This document shows, in pieces, positions 22,818-32,405 of a stretch of DNA of 64,000 nt. Every line of letters begins with the position of its first letter. The first letter of the stretch is position 1. The notes beneath the pieces were generated by a model that saw only the letters and a list, made by a program, of their open reading frames with translations, was not told where the DNA came from and did no database searches. The stretch is from Rhodospirillales bacterium (GTDB lineage Bacteria > Pseudomonadota > Alphaproteobacteria > ATCC43930 > CGMCC-115725): contig JADGGZ010000001.1 of NCBI GenBank assembly GCA_019689675.1, forward strand, positions 1,912-65,911, in the 5' to 3' direction. Made by a program: the position numbers and the translations under genes.

Positions 22818-24209
22818 ATGGCAGACAGTTTCGACCTTTTGGTGATTGGTGCGGGACCCGGCGGCTATCCGGCAGCGATCCGCGCGGCGCAGCTCGGGAT
22901 GAAGGTCGCCTGTGCCGAGATGCGCGAGACCTTGGGCGGGACGTGCCTCAATGTCGGATGCATCCCCTCCAAGGCGCTGCTCCAATCCTCCGAGAAGCTC
23001 GAGTCGGCGCGGCACGCGCTCGCGCAGCACGGCATCAGGCTGAAGGGGATCGAGGTCGATCTCGCGGCGATGCTCGCGCGAAAGGACAAGGTCGTCTCCG
23101 ACAACGTGCGCGGCATCGAGTTTCTGTTCAAGAAGCACAAGATCGAGTGGCTCAAGGGCAAGGCGCGGCTCGCCGGTCCCGGCAAGGTCGAGGTCGCCGG
23201 CCGTACCGTGTCGGCGAAGAACATCGTCATTGCCACCGGATCCGACGTGATGCCTCTGCCTGGCGTCGACATCGACGAGAAGCGCATCGTCTCCTCGACG
23301 GGCGGGCTCGCGCTCGACGCCGTGCCGAAGAAAATGGTCGTCGTCGGCGCCGGCTATATCGGACTGGAGCTCGGCTCCGTATGGCGGCGTCTCGGCGCCG
23401 AGGTCACGGTCGTCGAGTTCCTCGACCGCGTCACACCCGGCATGGACGCCGAGCTCGCCAAGCACCTGCAGCGGATCCTCACGCGGCAAGGCATGAAGTT
23501 CCAGCTCGGCAGCAAGGTCACCGGGGCGAAGAACGGGAAGAACGCCGTCACGCTCGTCGTCGAGCCGGCGAACGGCGGCGACAAGTCGGAGCTGAAGGCC
23601 GACGTCGTCCTGGTCGCGATCGGGCGGCGTCCCTACACCGAAGGGCTCGGGCTCGAGAGCGTCGGCATCCAGACCGACAACCGCGGCCGCATCCCGGTCG
23701 ACAAGCAGTACCGCACGGCCGCCGAGGGCATCTACGCGATCGGTGACGTGATCGCCGGGCCGATGCTCGCGCACAAGGCCGAGGAGGAGGGCGTCGCGGT
23801 CGCCGAGATCATCGCCGGGCAGAAGCCGCATATCGACTACGACGCGATTCCCTCGGTGGTCTACACTTGGCCCGAGGTCGCGACGGTCGGCAAGTCGGAG
23901 GAAGATCTGAAGGCGGACGGGCGCGAATATCGCGTCGGCAAGTTCCCGTTCAGCGCGAACGGCCGCGCCCGTGCCAACGGGGATACCGAGGGTTTCGTGA
24001 AAATCCTCGCCGACGCCAGGACCGACCGGGTCCTCGGCGTGCACATCATCGGTCCCGACGCGGGGACGATGATCGCCGAGGCGGCGCTCGCGATGGAGTA
24101 CGGCGCCTCTTCGGAGGACATCGCCCGCACCTGCCATGCCCATCCGACGCTCAACGAGGCGGTGAAGGAGGCGGCGCTCGCCGTCGCGGGGCGGGCCCTC
24201 CATATTTAG
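22818..24209 (+). CDS. lpdA: dihydrolipoyl dehydrogenase (E3)
   Basis: DLLVIGAGPGGYPAAIRAAQLG...GGTCLNVGCIPSK, 463 aa. Confidence 0.95.
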   Translation: MADSFDLLVIGAGPGGYPAAIRAAQLGMKVACAEMRETLGGTCLNVGCIPSKALLQSSEKLESARHALAQHGIRLKGIEVDLAAMLARKDKVVSDNVRGIEFLFKKHKIEWLKGKARLAGPGKVEVAGRTVSAKNIVIATGSDVMPLPGVDIDEKRIVSSTGGLALDAVPKKMVVVGAGYIGLELGSVWRRLGAEVTVVEFLDRVTPGMDAELAKHLQRILTRQGMKFQLGSKVTGAKNGKNAVTLVVEPANGGDKSELKADVVLVAIGRRPYTEGLGLESVGIQTDNRGRIPVDKQYRTAAEGIYAIGDVIAGPMLAHKAEEEGVAVAEIIAGQKPHIDYDAIPSVVYTWPEVATVGKSEEDLKADGREYRVGKFPFSANGRARANGDTEGFVKILADARTDRVLGVHIIGPDAGTMIAEAALAMEYGASSEDIARTCHAHPTLNEAVKEAALAVAGRALHI

Positions 24210-24213
24210 GCGC

Positions 24214-24582
24214 GTGGAGCACGAGCCCTGCCGCCTTTCCGAGTCCGAGCGCCGGGTCTTGCGTGCGCGCGCCGCGGCCAGGATGCGCCCCATCACCGTG
24301 CATCCTCCGAGGCGCTCGGCCTGGCGGCGCTGGGGCGTGATCGGCCTGGGCTGGACCTTCATCGTTCTCGGCGCCCTCGGAATGTTCCTACCGGTTCTGC
24401 AGGGTTTTCTTTTCCTCGCGATCGGAATCGCGCTTCTGGCGCGCGAGGTCGAATGGGTCCGCCGCCGCCGCGAGCAGTTTTATGACCGCCACCCCACGCT
24501 CCGCGCATGGAACGACAAGGCGGAGCAGTGGATTGAACGGCAGGGACGCCGCGTCGTCTCGTTCTTCCGCGGGCGCGCTTGA
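24214..24582 (+). CDS. small two-TM membrane protein (PGPGW/YbaN-like)
   Basis: WGVIGLGWTFIVLGALGMFLPVLQGFLFLAIGIALLAREVEW. The start is uncertain (GTG 24214 or ATG 24283). Confidence 0.5.
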   Translation: MEHEPCRLSESERRVLRARAAARMRPITVHPPRRSAWRRWGVIGLGWTFIVLGALGMFLPVLQGFLFLAIGIALLAREVEWVRRRREQFYDRHPTLRAWNDKAEQWIERQGRRVVSFFRGRA

Positions 24583-24613
24583 CCGCCCCCGCTTCGCTCT
24601 CTAGAGGAGCCGG

Positions 24614-24847
24614 ATGCTAGGCGGCCCGCTCGGCAAGCTCCTCCTTCTCATCGTCGTGATCGCCGCGGTCTGGTACGGCGTCAAATACATTGGCCGGGTC
24701 AACCAGATCCGCGAAGAGCAGCGACGCCGCGCGCCGCGCCCGGACGGGCGGTCCCGCCAGATCGACGACATGGCGAAATGCCGCGTCTGCGGCGCCTACG
24801 TCACGGCCGACGCGCGCAACTGCGGCCGCGCCGACTGCCCCTTCTGA
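24614..24847 (+). CDS. small membrane-anchored protein with C-terminal Cys4 zinc-ribbon-like motif
   Basis: 77 aa with an N-terminal TM (LLLLIVVIAAVWYGV) and CRVCGAYV...CGRADCPF. Confidence 0.5.
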   Translation: MLGGPLGKLLLLIVVIAAVWYGVKYIGRVNQIREEQRRRAPRPDGRSRQIDDMAKCRVCGAYVTADARNCGRADCPF

Positions 24848-24851
24848 TCCC

Positions 24852-25607
24852 TCATCCGCTCAGCGTCTGCCCGCCGTCGACGCTGATCACCTGGCCGGTG
24901 ACCCAGCTCGCCAAGGGCGAGGCGAGGAAGAGCGCGACGTTCGCGACTTCTTCGGGCGTGCCGAGCCGGCCGAACGCGATGCGCTTCAAGACGTTGTTGT
25001 AGAGCGCGGGATCTTCCGTCTTTCGCCGCTCCCAGGTGCCGCCCGGGAACTCGATCGAGCCCGGCGTGATGCAGTTCACCCGGATGCCTTTCGGCGCGAG
25101 CAGCGCCGCCTGCGACGTCGTGTAGTTGATGACCGCGGCCTTCACCGCCGCGTAGGCCGGCGTCCGCGTCGAAGGCTTGAGGCCGGAGATCGAGGAGATG
25201 TTGACGATGCTGCCGCGCGCCTTCGCGAGGTGCGGCTCCGCCGCGCGAGAGGCGCGGACGACCGCGAGGAGATCGACCGCGATTCCCGCCGCCCAGGCGG
25301 CCTCGTCGTCGCCGAGCCCGAACCCCGACGCGTTGTTCACGAGAATGTCGATGCCGCCGAGCGCTTCGGCCGCCTCCGCGATGTAGCGCCCGATCGCCGC
25401 GCCGTCGGCGAGGTCGCAGACGGCGGCGTGCGCCTTCCGCCCGTGCGCGGCGAGCTCCGTCCGCGTCCGCTCGAGCGCCTGCGCGCCGCGCGCGCAGATC
25501 GAGACGTCCGCGCCCGCCGCGGCGAACCCGGCGGCGATCGAGCGGCCGATGCCGCGGCTGCCGCCGCAGACGACGACGCGGCGGCCGGCGAAGTCGAAGC
25601 CGGTCAT
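24852..25607 (-). CDS. SDR-family oxidoreductase
   Basis: 251 aa with VCGGSRGIGRSIA, NNAS and YAAVKAA. The ATG overlaps the upstream stop (ATGA). Confidence 0.9.
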   Translation of the reverse strand: MTGFDFAGRRVVVCGGSRGIGRSIAAGFAAAGADVSICARGAQALERTRTELAAHGRKAHAAVCDLADGAAIGRYIAEAAEALGGIDILVNNASGFGLGDDEAAWAAGIAVDLLAVVRASRAAEPHLAKARGSIVNISSISGLKPSTRTPAYAAVKAAVINYTTSQAALLAPKGIRVNCITPGSIEFPGGTWERRKTEDPALYNNVLKRIAFGRLGTPEEVANVALFLASPLASWVTGQVISVDGGQTLSG

Positions 25608-26797
25608 TGCTGCGGCCGGAGCTTCTTCACCTCCTCGTCGGAGGGGAGGTACTTGGCCCCGTCGGCATAGTACCAGTCGGTCATCGTGCCGCGCCCTTCC
25701 TTGACGGTGGTCTTTCCCACATAGGCGCCCATCGTCGACTGATGGTCGGAGGCGCGGAACTTGGCCTTTCCGAACGGCGTGTCGAACTCGAGCCCCGCCA
25801 TCGCGGCCAGCATCTTCTCGGTGTCGGTCGATCCCGCCTTCTGCAGCATCGCCGCGATCGCCTTGATCGTCGAGTAGCCCACGATCGAGCCGAGGCGCGG
25901 GTAGTCGTTGTACTTCTTCCGGTAGGCGTCGCGGAACGCGGTGTGCTCGGGCGTGTCGATCTGCTCCCAGGGATAGCCGGTCACGATCCAGCCCTGCGGC
26001 GTCTCGTCCTTCAGCGGGTCGAGATACTCGGGCTCGCCGGTCAGGAGGGAGACGACGTGGCGGTTCTTGAAGAGCCCCCGCGTCTCGCCCTCGCGCACGA
26101 ACTTCGGCAGGTCGACGCTGAAGGTCACGTTGAAGATGGCATCGGGCTGTGCCGCGAGAAGGGCTTGTACCGTCGGCCCGGCCTCGATCTTCCCGAGCGC
26201 CGGCCACTGCTCGGCGACGAAGGTGACCTCGGGCCGCTTCTCCTGCAGCAGCTTCTTGAACGCCGCGACCGCGGACTGGCCGTACTCGTAGTTCGGCGCA
26301 ACCGTCGCCCACTTCTTCGCCGGCAGCTTGGCCGCCTCTTCGGCGAGCATCGCCGCCTGCATGTAGGTCGAAGGCCTCAGGCGCCACGTGTAGTGATTTC
26401 CCTTCGACCAGACGAGCGCGTCGGTGAGCGGCTCGGAGGCGAGATACATGATCTTGTTCTGCGCCGCGAAGTCGGCCAGGGCGAGGCCGACATTGGAAAG
26501 GAAGCCGCCCGCGATGAGCGCGACCTTCTCGTTCGCGACGAGCTCGTTGGCCGCGCGGACCGCGTCCTCGGGCTTCAGGCGGTCGTCGCGGCTCACGACC
26601 TCGAGCTTGCGCCCGAGAACGCCGCCCTTTTCATTCACCTCGTCGACGGCGAGCTGCCAGCCGTTCCGGTACGGCCCGGTGAACGCGGCCAGCCCGGTAT
26701 AGGAATTGATCTCGCCGATCTTGATCGGTTCCTGCTGCGCCGCCGCAGGCAGCGCGAGCGCGGCGAGCGCCAGCCCGAGAACGATGGATCTCTTCAT
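25604..26797 (-). CDS. ABC transporter substrate-binding protein (LivK / branched-chain amino-acid type)
   Basis: Signal peptide MKRSIVLGLALAALALPAAAQ, then IKIGEINSYTGLAAFTG... periplasmic-binding type I fold. SD AGGGGAG is upstream. Confidence 0.85.
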   Translation of the reverse strand: MKRSIVLGLALAALALPAAAQQEPIKIGEINSYTGLAAFTGPYRNGWQLAVDEVNEKGGVLGRKLEVVSRDDRLKPEDAVRAANELVANEKVALIAGGFLSNVGLALADFAAQNKIMYLASEPLTDALVWSKGNHYTWRLRPSTYMQAAMLAEEAAKLPAKKWATVAPNYEYGQSAVAAFKKLLQEKRPEVTFVAEQWPALGKIEAGPTVQALLAAQPDAIFNVTFSVDLPKFVREGETRGLFKNRHVVSLLTGEPEYLDPLKDETPQGWIVTGYPWEQIDTPEHTAFRDAYRKKYNDYPRLGSIVGYSTIKAIAAMLQKAGSTDTEKMLAAMAGLEFDTPFGKAKFRASDHQSTMGAYVGKTTVKEGRGTMTDWYYADGAKYLPSDEEVKKLRPQQ

Positions 26798-26810
26798 CTG
26801 CTGCTCCCCT

Positions 26811-27395
26811 TTATCGTTGGCCGTCCCAGACCGAAATTTCCGATGCTTTGAGCCCGCCCACGCGCGCATGCACGCGCGGGCCCGTCATCATCGCCAAGAC
26901 GTAGACGATTTCGTCGGCGCGCGGCGCGTCCGGAACCCCGACCTCGATCGCGTCGAAGTGGCTGCGCACATAGGCGGCGTTGACGTGATGAAGCGGCACG
27001 TCGAGACGCGCTCCGATCCCGGCGACCTTGGTCGCGGACGGAACGATCGCCTTCGCGCCGCCCAGCACCTCGCGCATGGCGTAGCCGCCAGCGACGTGAA
27101 AGAGCGCGCCGTGCTCGAGCTCTCCCGAGCCGCCGATGATCGAGCCCTTGCCATAGGCTTCGATCGCCTTCGGATCGCCGCCGAGCCCGGCGACCAAGCG
27201 GCGCGACATCTCGAGGCCGAGCGGCTTCAGCGCCTCGATCATGGGCGTGATGTCGGGCTCGTAGCGGCCGGCATAGGGATTGTGGATGACCGCGCACACC
27301 GCGCCCTTCAGCGTCGGGCGGGGTGGCGGCGGGCCGAACTCGTGGCGGATCTCCTCGACCACGAGATGGAACTTGCGGACGCGCACCAGCTCCAT
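26811..27395 (-). CDS. 'amino acid synthesis' family protein (PF06684/DUF1185-like)
   Basis: 194 aa: MELVRVRKFHLVVEEI...AVIHNPYAGRY...AYGKGSIIGGSGELEHGA. SD AGGAG lies in the 9-nt spacer. Confidence 0.7.
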   Translation of the reverse strand: MELVRVRKFHLVVEEIRHEFGPPPPRPTLKGAVCAVIHNPYAGRYEPDITPMIEALKPLGLEMSRRLVAGLGGDPKAIEAYGKGSIIGGSGELEHGALFHVAGGYAMREVLGGAKAIVPSATKVAGIGARLDVPLHHVNAAYVRSHFDAIEVGVPDAPRADEIVYVLAMMTGPRVHARVGGLKASEISVWDGQR

Positions 27396-27404
27396 GCGGC
27401 TCCT

Positions 27405-28355
27405 TCAGGAAATGACGCGAACTTCGCCTTGCAATAGCAGCACGGCGGCGATGATCCGTCCAGCGCGCTGCAGCGCCCGCGCGCGTTCGGCCCCGCGGTC
27501 GAGCGCGGCGGCGATCGTCTGCCGCGGAAGAGCTCCGACCTCGACGGTGACGAGGCGCTCGCCGAGATCGCTGTCGGGATCGAGCGCGCGGGCGGGCGCA
27601 CGCCGCACCGCGGCGTCACCGGCGTCGACGGCGTTGGCGACGAGCGTCGCCGCCGCGTCCGCTTCGGCGGCCGAGCGCGCGAGCACGGTCGCCGCATCGG
27701 CGATCCCGAGCGAGAAGCTGCGCCCGCCTGCGCCGCTCGTCGCGATGCCGCGGATGGGGCTCTCGGCGTCGATCGTGGCGATGCTGTCGATCGCCGGATG
27801 CCGGACGTCCCCGACGATCCCGGCGCGAATCCGTTCGCCGGGGGCGAGATGGAGCGCGATGTCGCCGCCGTCGTTGACATAGGCCTTGGCGAGCCGGCGG
27901 CCGCGCAGCATCGCCGCCAGCACCTCGTCGGCGACGGCGCCCGCGACCGCCGCCATCGGCGTGATGAATTCCGATGCCGCGAACGGCGAGCAGGCGGCCA
28001 CCATCCGCCGCGCGGTGGGACCCTCGACGCCGGGATGCGTCGCATCGAGGGGGCGGCGGAGAAGCGGCAGCTCTTCGACGAGGCCCGGCAGGATTCCGGG
28101 GAAGACCTCCCATGCCTGCGCGTAGGCGGCGCGGACTTCGTCTTCCTCTCCCCACGCCTCGATGACGAGATCGATCGGGCCGTGATTGAGATGGAGGCGT
28201 CGATCGGGAAGAAAGCGCGCCTGCGCGCCGTTGGCCGCCGTGGCGGCCGCGCTTTCGCTCGCCGCCGTCCCGGCGCGAGCGGGGGACCATGCGGGGTCGC
28301 GCGGGTTCCCGGTTCGCTGCGGGCGATGTGCCGCCGGCGATGAAGCGATCGTCAC
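27405..28355 (-). CDS. UPF0280 family protein (ApbE-like fold)
   Basis: ...RLHLNHGPIDLVIEAWG...TPMAAVAGAVADEV...ATSGAGGRSFSLGIADA. The GTG start overlaps the upstream TGA (GTGA). Confidence 0.7.
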   Translation of the reverse strand: MTIASSPAAHRPQRTGNPRDPAWSPARAGTAASESAAATAANGAQARFLPDRRLHLNHGPIDLVIEAWGEEDEVRAAYAQAWEVFPGILPGLVEELPLLRRPLDATHPGVEGPTARRMVAACSPFAASEFITPMAAVAGAVADEVLAAMLRGRRLAKAYVNDGGDIALHLAPGERIRAGIVGDVRHPAIDSIATIDAESPIRGIATSGAGGRSFSLGIADAATVLARSAAEADAAATLVANAVDAGDAAVRRAPARALDPDSDLGERLVTVEVGALPRQTIAAALDRGAERARALQRAGRIIAAVLLLQGEVRVIS

Positions 28356-29776
28356 TTCACCTCGAGCGGCCACGGATTCTCCTCGCGCCATGGCTCGGCA
28401 CGGGCGTTGGTCGCTGCGAGCACGTCCTCGAGGCGGCGCACCGAGTCCATATGCCCGCCGATCGCCTCGTAGTCGGAAAGCCGCATCGTGAACTCGATCG
28501 GGCTCACGAGCGCCGGCGTCGGGACGTAGCCGAACGCCTTGTCCGGCATCTGCGTCACGTCGACCATGAACGTGATGCCGCCGCCGGGCCAGACATAGGT
28601 CGGCGCCCCGCCGCAGGTGACGCGCGTCAGGAGCTCCTTCACCGAGCGCGTGAGGCGCACCGGGTTCTCGGTGACGCCGGCGCGCAGGCTCCCGCCCGCG
28701 CCCGCCATGTAGAGCACCGAGACGAGCGCGGGCTCGCAGTTCTCGCCGATGCGGTCCACGACCTTGCGGACGGGTTCCGGCATCGGCGCCTTCACCGGGC
28801 GAAGATTCTCGTCGAGGACGAACCACTCGGCTTCCTGACCCGTCGTCGAGACCATGAGGAGGCGGAGTCCCGGATAGGCGGTCTTGGGATCGATCCTTTC
28901 GATGATCGCGAGCGGGTCGGTGATGTCGGTCCCGCCCCATCCGGTTCCGGGCTCGGCGACCTGGAAGTAGCGGCCGGGCGTCGATTTGCGCCCGCGGACG
29001 CGTATTCCCTGCGGCTTCATGTCGAGGAAGCGCCCGGCCTGGTGCTCGGAGAGGACGCCGGTGATGTGGTCGTCGACGACGATCACCTCGTCGACATGCC
29101 CGTGCCATTGCTTTGCGAACATGCCGATCGTCGCCGAGCCGCAGCCGACCCGCATCCGCTCCTCGCGCGCCCCGTTGATGATCGGCGGCCGACCCGCCGC
29201 GATCGTCATCGTCGCGCCGCCGTCCACGGCGAGCTCGACGGGCTCCTTGTTGCAGAGCTTGAGGAGCGTGTCGCAGGTGACGACGCCCTCCTTCTTGCTG
29301 CCGCCGGTGAGGTGCCGGACGCCGCCCAGGGCCAGCATCTGCGAGCCGTATTCCGCCGTCGTCACGTGTCCGACCTGCTCGCCTTCGACTCTTACCGGCG
29401 CCTGCTCCGGCCCGACGAAGCGGTCGGTGTCGATCTTCACCTTGACGCCGCAATAGCTGAAGATTCCCTCGGTCACGACCGTGACCACGTCGACGTCGTC
29501 GGCCTTGCTGGCGACGATGAAAGGCGCGGGCTTGTAGTCGGGATAGGTCGTGCCGGCGCCGATCCCGGTGACGAAGATCTCGCCGTTCCAGCCTTCGGCT
29601 TGGGCGAGGAACGGCACCATCCGCCCGGCCCTGCGCTGCGCGACGACGACCGGGTCGAGGCGCGTGAGCTTGCCGGCGACGTTGCCGTAGCGGTCGCAGG
29701 CGCCGGTGCGACCCTCGCGGATGCGGCAGAGAACCGGGCAGGCGTCGCAGGTGACGATGCCCGCGTCTTCACTCAC
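28352..29776 (-). CDS. 6-hydroxynicotinate reductase-like Fe-S protein
   Basis: 474 aa with an N-terminal Cys cluster CDACPVLCRIREGRTGAC. It resembles proteins annotated as 6-hydroxynicotinate reductase. The GTG start overlaps the upstream gene by 8 nt. Confidence 0.65.
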   Translation of the reverse strand: MSEDAGIVTCDACPVLCRIREGRTGACDRYGNVAGKLTRLDPVVVAQRRAGRMVPFLAQAEGWNGEIFVTGIGAGTTYPDYKPAPFIVASKADDVDVVTVVTEGIFSYCGVKVKIDTDRFVGPEQAPVRVEGEQVGHVTTAEYGSQMLALGGVRHLTGGSKKEGVVTCDTLLKLCNKEPVELAVDGGATMTIAAGRPPIINGAREERMRVGCGSATIGMFAKQWHGHVDEVIVVDDHITGVLSEHQAGRFLDMKPQGIRVRGRKSTPGRYFQVAEPGTGWGGTDITDPLAIIERIDPKTAYPGLRLLMVSTTGQEAEWFVLDENLRPVKAPMPEPVRKVVDRIGENCEPALVSVLYMAGAGGSLRAGVTENPVRLTRSVKELLTRVTCGGAPTYVWPGGGITFMVDVTQMPDKAFGYVPTPALVSPIEFTMRLSDYEAIGGHMDSVRRLEDVLAATNARAEPWREENPWPLEVK

Positions 29777-32405
29777 GGACCGCCTCCTTCAGCGCGGCAC
29801 GGACCCGGTCCGGTGTCGCCGGCACATGGCGCAGGCGCACGCCGGTCGCGTCGTAAATGGCGTTGAGGATCGCCGGCGCCGTCGGAATGAGCGCCGGCTC
29901 GCCGATGCCCTTGGCGCCCCACGGCCCGAGCGGCTCGGGGTCCTCGATCAGGATGCACTCGATCGGCGGCACGTCGCCGATCGTCGGGATGAGATAGTCG
30001 TGGAGATTCTCGGTGCGGCCGGGCACGTACTCCTCCATGAGCGCGAGGCCGAGCCCCTGCGCGACGCCGCCATGGATCTGGCCCTCGACCTGGGTGGGGT
30101 TGATCGCGCGGCCGACGTCATGCGCGGCGACGATCCGCGTCACCTTGACGGTGCCGAGCGCGCGGTCGACCTCGACCTCGGCCATCTGCGCGGCGAAGGC
30201 GTAGGTCGCGTACGGCACGCCCTGGCCGTTGGCGTCGAGCGGCGTCGTCGGCGGGTCGAACGTCCCTTCGCCCACGAGGTCGGCGGCGCCGACGACGCCC
30301 CCGTTCTCGATCTCGACCCGGTTCTTGCCGGTGCGCGCGAGGATCTTGCGGCGAAGATCCTCGCCGGCGCGCTTCGCCGCAGCGCCCGAGATGAAGGTCT
30401 GGCGCGAGGCCGAGGTCTTGCCGGCGTCGGCGGTGAGGTCGGTGTCGCCCATGACGACGCGGATCGCTTCGACCGGCACGCCGAGCGCATCGGCGACGAT
30501 CTGCGTCATGATCGTGTTGGAGCCTTGGCCGATGTCGACCGCGCCGTTGAAAAGCATGATGCGGCCGGCGCTATCGAGCGCGACGCGCATCGTCGAGGGG
30601 TTCGACATCGAGGTGTTGCCGATGCCGTACCACATGCAGGCTAGGCCGACGCCTCTTCCCGGGGTGCGCCGCGCCTTCGCCGACTGCCAATGCGGCCTCA
30701 GCGCATCGAGGCATTGCGCGATGCCGACGCTCGCCTCGAGCCGCTGCCCCGTCGCGATCGCGTCCCCTTTTCTCAGCGCGTTGCGGTAACGGAACTCGAG
30801 CGGGTCGATGCCGAGCTTTTCCGCGAGCTCGTCGATGAGGGTCTCGGTCGCGACGGCGATCTGCGGCACGCCGAAGCCGCGGAAGGCGCCCGACGGCGTG
30901 CCGTTCGTGTAGATCGCGCGGCCGACCGCGCGGACGTTCGGCACGACGTAGGGGCCGCTCGCATGAACGGGGACGCGGTTGGCGACCGTCGGTCCCCACG
31001 AGGCGTAGGCGCCCGTGTCGAGCTCCGCCTCGACATCGACGGCGAGAAGGCGTCCCTCCGCATCGGCCGCGATCCGCGCCGCGATCCGCGCCGGATGACG
31101 TTTCGTGGTCGAGGCCATCGACTCGGGGCGCGTGTAGACGCAGCGCACCGGGCGCTCCAGAACCCAGGCGGCCGTGGCGATGAGCGGCTGGACCGAAAGG
31201 TCGAGCTTGCCGCCGAAGCCGCCGCCGACCGCCGAGGGGATGATGCGCACCCGCTCCGGCGCGATGCCGAGCACGAGCGCGATCTCGTCCCGGTCCATGT
31301 AGGGCGTCTGCGTGGTGACGAAGATCTCGATCCGCTCGCCGACGCGCCGCGCGAATCCGGCCTCCGGCTCGATATAGGCGTGCTCGACGTAGGAGGTGCG
31401 GTAGACGCCCTCGGCGACCGCCGCGGCGCGCTCGATGCCGGCGGCGACGTCGCCGCGCTGCAGGCGGCCCTCGACGAGAACGTTGTCGGGTCGGTTCTCG
31501 TGCAGCGCCGGTCCACCGCGCGCCGTCTCGAAGGTGACCGGCGGACGCGGCGTCCATTCGATCGGCAGCTCGTCGTCGCCGATCGACTCCACGGTGACGC
31601 GGTCGCCGACGAGGGCGAGCACCGCCTCGCCGCGAAAGCGCACCTCGTTCTCGGCGAGAACCGGCTGGTCCTTGATGTCGGGGTAGATGCCGAAGCGGTT
31701 GCGGCCCGGCACGTCGGCTGCGGTGAGGACGCGGACGAGCCCCGGCCACGCGGCGTGGAGCGGCGCGAAGTCGCCGAGCGTGAAGCGCGCGCTCGGATAG
31801 GGCGAGCGCACGACGCGCAGCCAGAGCGCGTCGGCGGGCGCCTGGTCCCCGCCGTACTTCTCCGTGCCGTCGAGCTTGGCGATGCCGTCCACCTTCGGGA
31901 GCCGCGCGCCCACGGCCTCGCCCGGGCGCGGCGCGACGGCTTTCGCTTCGAGGCCGAGGCTCAGCACCGCCTCGACGATCTTGCGGTAGCCGGTGCAGCG
32001 GCAGAGCACGCCGCCGAGCGCGTCGAGCACGGCGGCCTCGTCGGGGCGCGGATTGCGCTGCAGGAGGTCGGCGGCCGCCATCAGCATTCCCGGCGTGCAG
32101 ATGCCGCACTGCGCCGCGCCGTAGCGGTGGAACGCCTCCTGAAGGCTCGAGAGCCGGCCGCCGCGCGCGAGGCCCTCGACGGTGACGACATTGCGTCCCT
32201 CGGCCTGCGCCACCGGCACGAGACAGGCGCAGACCTGGGCGCCGTCGAGGAGGACCGTGCAGGCGCCGCAATCGCCGGCGTCGCACCCGATCTTCGTTCC
32301 GGTAAGGCCGAGCGCGTCGCGCAAGACATGCGCGAGCCGTGCGGCGGGTTCCGCCTCGACGCTGACGGGCGTGCCGTTGACGGTGAGGGCGAACGCGGCC
32401 TTCAT
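29769..32405 (-). CDS. xanthine-dehydrogenase-family molybdenum hydroxylase, fused [2Fe-2S] + molybdopterin-binding subunit
   Basis: 878 aa. The N-terminus carries GCDAGDCGACTV and CGICTPGM...CRCTGY (two 2Fe-2S sites), followed by aldehyde-oxidase/XDH a/b hammerhead and MoCo domains. ATGA overlap with the FAD subunit. Confidence 0.9.
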   Translation of the reverse strand: MKAAFALTVNGTPVSVEAEPAARLAHVLRDALGLTGTKIGCDAGDCGACTVLLDGAQVCACLVPVAQAEGRNVVTVEGLARGGRLSSLQEAFHRYGAAQCGICTPGMLMAAADLLQRNPRPDEAAVLDALGGVLCRCTGYRKIVEAVLSLGLEAKAVAPRPGEAVGARLPKVDGIAKLDGTEKYGGDQAPADALWLRVVRSPYPSARFTLGDFAPLHAAWPGLVRVLTAADVPGRNRFGIYPDIKDQPVLAENEVRFRGEAVLALVGDRVTVESIGDDELPIEWTPRPPVTFETARGGPALHENRPDNVLVEGRLQRGDVAAGIERAAAVAEGVYRTSYVEHAYIEPEAGFARRVGERIEIFVTTQTPYMDRDEIALVLGIAPERVRIIPSAVGGGFGGKLDLSVQPLIATAAWVLERPVRCVYTRPESMASTTKRHPARIAARIAADAEGRLLAVDVEAELDTGAYASWGPTVANRVPVHASGPYVVPNVRAVGRAIYTNGTPSGAFRGFGVPQIAVATETLIDELAEKLGIDPLEFRYRNALRKGDAIATGQRLEASVGIAQCLDALRPHWQSAKARRTPGRGVGLACMWYGIGNTSMSNPSTMRVALDSAGRIMLFNGAVDIGQGSNTIMTQIVADALGVPVEAIRVVMGDTDLTADAGKTSASRQTFISGAAAKRAGEDLRRKILARTGKNRVEIENGGVVGAADLVGEGTFDPPTTPLDANGQGVPYATYAFAAQMAEVEVDRALGTVKVTRIVAAHDVGRAINPTQVEGQIHGGVAQGLGLALMEEYVPGRTENLHDYLIPTIGDVPPIECILIEDPEPLGPWGAKGIGEPALIPTAPAILNAIYDATGVRLRHVPATPDRVRAALKEAVRE